64,000 bases of DNA, taken from Squalus acanthias (lineage: Eukaryota). Numbering within the stretch: position 1 is the stretch's first letter; each line of letters opens with the position of its first letter. The stretch is from NCBI GenBank assembly GCA_030390025.1, contig CM059432.1, positions 116,376,001 to 116,440,000 on the forward strand. The letters are read 5' to 3'. Below, piece by piece: positions 58,531 to 64,000 of the stretch. A model generated the notes under the pieces. That model was not told where the DNA came from, did no database searches, and saw nothing but the letters and a program-made list of their open reading frames with translations. The position numbers were made by a program, and so were the translations under genes.

Positions 58531-61500
58531 TTAAATTAAAATTTCGTCGGCCCGCGAGATGATGCATTCCAGTCCCCGCGGCACCCACCTGTCCCGGAAG
58601 GCCTCGAGCTTGCCGGTGGACACCGCGTGCTCCATCTCCAGGGCCACCCGGCCGCGAACATAGCCGCGGAAGAGAGGCAGGCAATCGGGCTGGACGACCC
58701 CCTCGACTGCCCGCTGCCTGGACCTATTAATGGCTACTTTGGCCAGGCCCAGGAGCAGTCCCACGAGGAGGTCCTCTGACCTGCCTGCTCCCCTCCGCAC
58801 CGGGTGACCGTAGATCAGGAGCGTGGGGCTGAAGTGCAACCAAAAATTGAGGAGCAGCCCCTTCAAATAATAAAACAGGGGCTGCAACCTCTCGCACTCC
58901 ATATACACATGGAACACGGACTCCTCCAGGCCGCAGAAATGGCAGGCGGCCTGGGAGTCCGTGAACCTACTTAGAAATTATTGCACGGGACTGCTCCATG
59001 CAACACCCTCCAGGCCATATCCCCAATAGAAAAGGGGAGGACTCCCGCGTAGAGAGCCCTCCATTGGGGACCTCCACCTCCGCCGGATGGCAGGATGGCT
59101 TGCCAAGGCGTGTCCGGTCGGTAGGCGAAGATGACAAAGTGGAGAGTGTGCAGGAGCAGCCCGTACAGGCAACCCCTCCGCGCAGAGCTAAAGGGCACGG
59201 AGGGCATTTCCCCGAGAAGGCTCAAGTTGTGAGGCGCCGGTTCCTGAGGGGGGTTTCGGTGCCACGTGCCGATGAGGAATTCCGTCCGAACGGGGGTCAG
59301 TTCGGATGGGATCGCCCCACGTGCCTGAGCCTCCTCGATACACCTAGTGGAGTCGGGGAACAGTGCCACTTTCAGCGACCCGATGGCTTTGGCCGCGCGC
59401 CAGACGTCGACCCAGGACAGGCGCTGCGCCAACTCCTCCGGCGCCATCCAGCCCGCTCCTCCGCCATCGAGCAGGTCCCCGACCCTAGTCACCTTGCCAG
59501 GCACAGCCCTGCCCTCCGCCAGCCGCCCGATCCAGTGGTAGCGGAGGTGCGGATTCCTGAGCAGCGGCTCCCGAAGGAGAGCCGCTACTCCTGACAGGGG
59601 AGAACTCCGCCTGGAGGCAACCTTATTCCAGACCCATAGCAGTTCCTGGTAGAAGACAGGCAGCTCCCGCAGGTAGGCACGTGTACCGCCCAATATCACA
59701 ATAGGAGCTGCATGTCGTAATTGAGGCCGTGCAGCTGGCAGAAGAAATAGATCGCCATCGCACACCATCGAGGAGGATTCTCAACGTACAGGTATCTCTG
59801 CAGCGTCCGAAGATGGAAAGTCGCCGCCTGACCGCCCTCCCTAAGGGGGAGACTCAGAACCGCGGCAGAGACCCAGTGCTTCCTTTTGTCCCAGAAGAAG
59901 TCGATGAGCCTCTTCTGTATCATGGCGACAAACCCAGGGGGAGGGATCAAAGTGACCAACCGGTACCACAACATGGCGGCCACCAGCTGGTTTATGACCA
60001 GCGCTCGACCCCTGTAGGACAACACTCGGAGCAACCCCGTCAAGCGTCCTAGGCGAGCGGTGACTTTGGCCTCCAGCTCTTGCCAGTTCGCCGGCCAGGC
60101 GTCCTCGGCGGGGCTGAGGTGGACTCCCAAGTAGAGGAGGTGCGTGGTGCTCCAGGTGAAAGGCCTGAACTCCTCCGGCAGGGAGTCCACCCACCACTGG
60201 CCCACCAGGAGTCCAGAACATTTCTCCCAGTTGATCCTGGCGGAGGATGCGTCCGAGTAAATCTGCTGGCATTCTCGCATCCTCCGCAAGTCGACGGGAT
60301 CCATGACCATGAGGAGCACGTCATCGGCGTAAGCAGAGAGGACGACCTCCACGCCCGGCCCTTGCAGAGCCAGTCCCGTCAACCTCTTCCGCAAGAGGCG
60401 CAAGAAAGGCTCCACGCAAACGGCGTATAACTGACCGGACATGGGGCATCCCTGACGCACCCCCCTCCCGAAGCGAAGGGGCGCCGTCAAAGACCGGTTA
60501 ACTTTTATCAGACACTCCGCGGCGGCGTACAGAAGTCGGATCCGGGCGACGAAATGCGTCCCGAACCCGAATGCGCGCAGAGTTCCGAAAAGGTACTCGT
60601 GATCCACCCTGTCAAACGCCTTCTCCTGATCTAGGGAAAGGAAGGCGACCTCTGGGAATGGTGGACCAGGTCCTGGACCAGATGGATGTTGTCATGGATG
60701 CTCTGGCCCGGGACCGTGTAGGACTGGTCGGGGTGGATCATGTGGGCCAGCACGGTGCCAAGGTGGGCAGACATGGCCCTGGCAAAAATCTTATAGTCCG
60801 TGCTGAGGAGGGAGACCGGGCGCCAGTTTTTTATAAAGTGGAGATCGCCCTTCTTTGGCAGCAGGACGATCACTGCCCTGCGCCAAGAGAGGGGCATCTG
60901 CTCGGTCGTCAGACTTTCCCCCAGGACCCGCGCGTAGTCGCCCCCCAAGACGTCCCAGAACGCCCTGTGGAACTCCACGGTCAGCCCGTCCAGCCCCGGG
61001 GATGTTCCCCTTGAGAGCTGGTCGAGGGCGCGGTCAGCTCCGCCAGGCTTAGCGGAGCATCCAGTTTTTCAGCGCCCTCCGGGCTGACCTTCGGCAGGTC
61101 CTCCCACAAAACTCTGCGCGCATCCTCGCTGGACGAATCCGGAGAGAACAGAGCCCCGTAGTAGGCCCGGGTCTCCGCGCTGATCCCCTCCGGATCCGAG
61201 ACCAGAGATCCATCGTCGGCCAGCAGCCCCAAGAGCTGCTTACGGACCCCTCGTCTTTTTTCCAGCGAGTAGAAGAAGGGGGAGCCGCGGTCCAGGTCCC
61301 GGAGGAACTGGATCCGCGACCTCACGTACGCACCTCGGGACCCGACCAGCTGCAGGTACTTCAGCGCGCCCTTCTTCTCTTCATACACCTTCCGCAGGGC
61401 CGAGTCTTCGATGACTTGACCGAGACGGGACTCCAGGTCGAGCACCTCCCTCTCCAGCTGCCCGACCCGGCCGTCCTGCCTCTTGGTCGACCCCCTCGCA

Positions 61501-62526
61501 TACTCCGGACAGAAGAGACGGACGTGAGCCTTGCCCACGTCCCACCATAGCCTCAAGGAGGGGAAGCCCCCCTGCTTCCTTCTCCAGTCGGCCCAGAACC
61601 GACGAAACGAATCCTGGAACCGCTCGTCCTCCAGCAGCAGGTTGTTAAAATGCCAGTACGCGGAGCCCCCCCCACGCACGCAACGGAGCGAGCTCCGCCC
61701 ACACCAGGTGGTGGTCCGTGCACGGCCCCGTCCGCATGGAGGCCGGCGGAACGCAGGAGACGTACGCCCGCGAAATGTATAGGCGGTCGATTCTGGTCCT
61801 TCCTCCTCCAGACCTCACGGAAGTGAAAGCGCTGGAGTCGGGATGGAGATTTCGCCAGACGTCCACCAAGTCGAGGGACCCGATCAGGTCCCTCAACTTC
61901 TCCACCGCCGCCTGGCACGGCGGGTGACCCGAACGGTCCCTCGCCTCGAGGGTACAATTAAAATCCCTCCCGAGGACGATGCACTCGCCGACGTCGATGG
62001 AGCTTAGAAGAGCGGACACTTCTTCAAAGAAGCACGCTTGCTGCGCACCAGCCTGGGGGGCGTACACGTTCACTAGATGAAGCGGCACATCCCCCAGGCG
62101 AACAGTGACCTGGAGCAAGCGGCCCGGCACGTGCTCCTTGACCCCCAAGATCTCCGGCTGAAAATGCGGGGCCAGCAAGATGGCCACCCCACTGCAATTA
62201 CTGGAGAGGTGACTCATGCTGACCCCTCCTTGCCACTCCAGGAGCCACGTTGCCTCGTCTCCCGGAACGGTGTGGGTTTCTTGCAGGAAGCACACCGCAT
62301 ACCTCCCGTCCCGGAGGACCGAGAAGTTATTAAATCTGCGGTGTGCCTCTCTGCTGCTGTTGATGTTGAGGCTGGCTATGGTTATCACAGAATCCCCACA
62401 GTGCAGATAGAGGCCATTTCGGCCCACCCTATCCCCGTAACCCCACGTATTTAATCCCCCTAACACTAAGGGTCAATTTATCGTAGCCAAATCAACCTAA
62501 CCCGCACATCTTTGGACTATCTTCAT
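58531..62526 (-). pseudogene. Tx1 ORF2 (endonuclease-RT-zinc finger), frameshifted
   Basis: Start MKITIASLN restored by removing the SINE insert; pieces 61645..62466, 60981..61679, 60631..60978, 59696..60607, 58971..59768, 58531..58917. Confidence 0.9.
62387..62517 (-). mobile_element. 5'-truncated HE1-like (V-SINE) fragment
   Basis: Minus strand gtccaaagatgtgcgggttaggttgatttggc...taaattgacccttagtg...ggccgaaatggcct..gattctgtgat; flanking tatc duplication. Confidence 0.8.
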
Positions 62527-62556
62527 GACAAGAGCATAGTGCAACCTCTACTTAAC

Positions 62557-64000
62557 CTAACGGGAGGAGGGAGAGCGGCCGCTAGTCGACCGCCACTCCC
62601 TTTTCAGCCCAACGAAGAACTGACTCATCCGGCGCCGCTCGGATGGACTCACGCCCTCGTCCGTGCCCAAGGTTATGACTGCGGCACGGGTGGAGCACCG
62701 GATCTGACCACCTGTCGAGGGCCAGCCTGATTTTGTTACGGCGACCCTGGCACATGGCCACAAAGTCCCGGAGCTCCGCAATGGGGATGAGGGAGGACTC
62801 GGCGAGGGGCACGAGACTATCCGCCGCCTCACTGGCGACGGAGTCCGACTCGTCCTCAGTGCCCTCCGCCGGGTCCCCGTCCTCCTCCGGGGAGTCGTCA
62901 TCGGCAGGCCCTGCCTCTGCCTCGATCCCACCCCCAGGATTGACGGCAGAGGAGTTCTCCCTGGGCTCCTCCGGGGGCGCCGGGTCAGGAAGCGGCGGCG
63001 GTTCGGGGCCCCCCTCCGCCCCGGGCACCGGGGTATACGGGGAAACCGGGGAGAAACTTAATTCCAGATCCCCAGGCGCCCGCGCCGGCAACGGAGTCAG
63101 GGGGCCTTCTTCTTCACCGCCCCCAGCCTCTGACCCAGCGGGCTGGGAAGCCTTATACAAAATCTCGACCATGTCGAGCAGCTCCTGGGAGATTTCCCGA
63201 CTGTCTTGGGCGAGCTCGGCGTCTTCAGCCTCACCTGCCCCAGTCCCTAGGGCGCTCGACACGGCGAGAGGTAACGGTTTTAAGAGTGTCTGCGTCGCGG
63301 GTGGTTCCGCGGCCCCCCCCCACGAGCAGGGTCCCTTCCCCATCCCCGGGAGGCACAGGCGGGACAGACTCATCTGTCGTACCCTCCCGAGGGACAGGCA
63401 ACTCCTGCAGAGTACTGATGGTGGTGACGGTGGGAGGGGGCGCATCACACACGACGAGCGACGATTCCTCTTGCAAGGAGGGAACCCGCTCCTCCTGGTC
63501 CTCCTCCTCCTCCTCCTCGGAGTTACGCCTCCTTTTCGGATTGGGGGGACCCGGGGGCTGGGAGACCTCCATACCTTCCGAGGCCTCACCCCCACTGCCG
63601 AGCGGGCTTTTTCGCAGTTCCCTCGGGCCTGAGCCCGGCCGCGGGTCTTGGTGTTTCCACCCCGGCGGTTGCGGCCTCGGGCCCGGGCATGAGGCCCCCC
63701 CCCCCACTCCCAGAACTCGCAGCCAACTTCGCGAGGCACGTGGGTGCGAGCTCCGGCAACTCGTCGTCGATGTCTAGCTCCACGAGGGGACCCGCTTTGA
63801 GGTGCTTAGTCTTCCGCCGTGCCTTCCCCCCGCCCAGACGTCCGCCACCCCCCCCCCCCGCCGGAGGCCGTGGTGACGTTGACCTCCGACGACGACCACG
63901 CATCAGGTGCTGCGGGCGGGATCGGGGGGAGGAACGGCGGCGGCGCCAGCCTTGGCCGCCTTGGATGTTCCGGCAGCCTTGGAGGCGGGACAGTTTTTCC
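62557..64000 (-). pseudogene. Tx1 ORF1 C-terminal part (acidic/proline-rich), frameshifted
   Basis: Lies immediately upstream of ORF2; low-complexity reading frames ending ELRDFVAMCQGRRNK... Confidence 0.7.

Larger units (their letters stand above)
58500..64000 (-). mobile_element. Tx1-clade non-LTR retrotransposon, continuing beyond the window end
   Basis: GC-rich; APE domain (IASLNIN, FLQETH, DFNC, RIDRLY, TDHH, YWHFNN), RT (NWRPVSLLSTDYK, GVRQGCPMSG, AYADD), C-terminal zinc-finger region. Confidence 0.93.

Noticed and set aside
62733..63632. Long plus-strand ORFs antisense to TE genes (also 20037..20681, 23015..23821, 24687..25436)
   Set aside because: Antisense shadows of GC-rich TE coding sequence with no recognisable domains

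Overview
Vertebrate genomic DNA, almost certainly from a cartilaginous fish (shark-type repeats: HE1-like SINE, DeuSINE/SacSINE1-like SINEs, esterase-ORF1 CR1s). I found no host protein-coding exon I could support. The window is intronic or intergenic and dominated by nested transposable elements: CR1, L2 and Tx1 LINEs, Penelope-like elements with minimal hammerhead ribozymes, SINEs, a solo LTR, and many PIF/Harbinger DNA transposons. Main structures: (1) A 13-kb nest at 14.7-28.0 kb, in which an old CR1 is interrupted by a near-intact full-length CR1 and by a complete two-gene Harbinger (intact DDE transposase, spliced Myb/SANT partner gene, TIRs, 3-bp TSD). (2) Both CR1s place the slippery heptamer U_UUA_AAC directly before the ORF1 stop with ORF2 in the -1 frame, and one copy has no AUG ahead of the endonuclease; this points to programmed -1 ribosomal frameshifting. 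(3) A 7.1-kb Harbinger structure with a transposase arm at both ends (probable collapsed tail-to-tail dimer), carrying a solo LTR and another Harbinger. (4) A cluster of hammerhead ribozyme motifs, including a TSD-flanked palindromic mini-element. All identities were judged by eye; no database searches were run.
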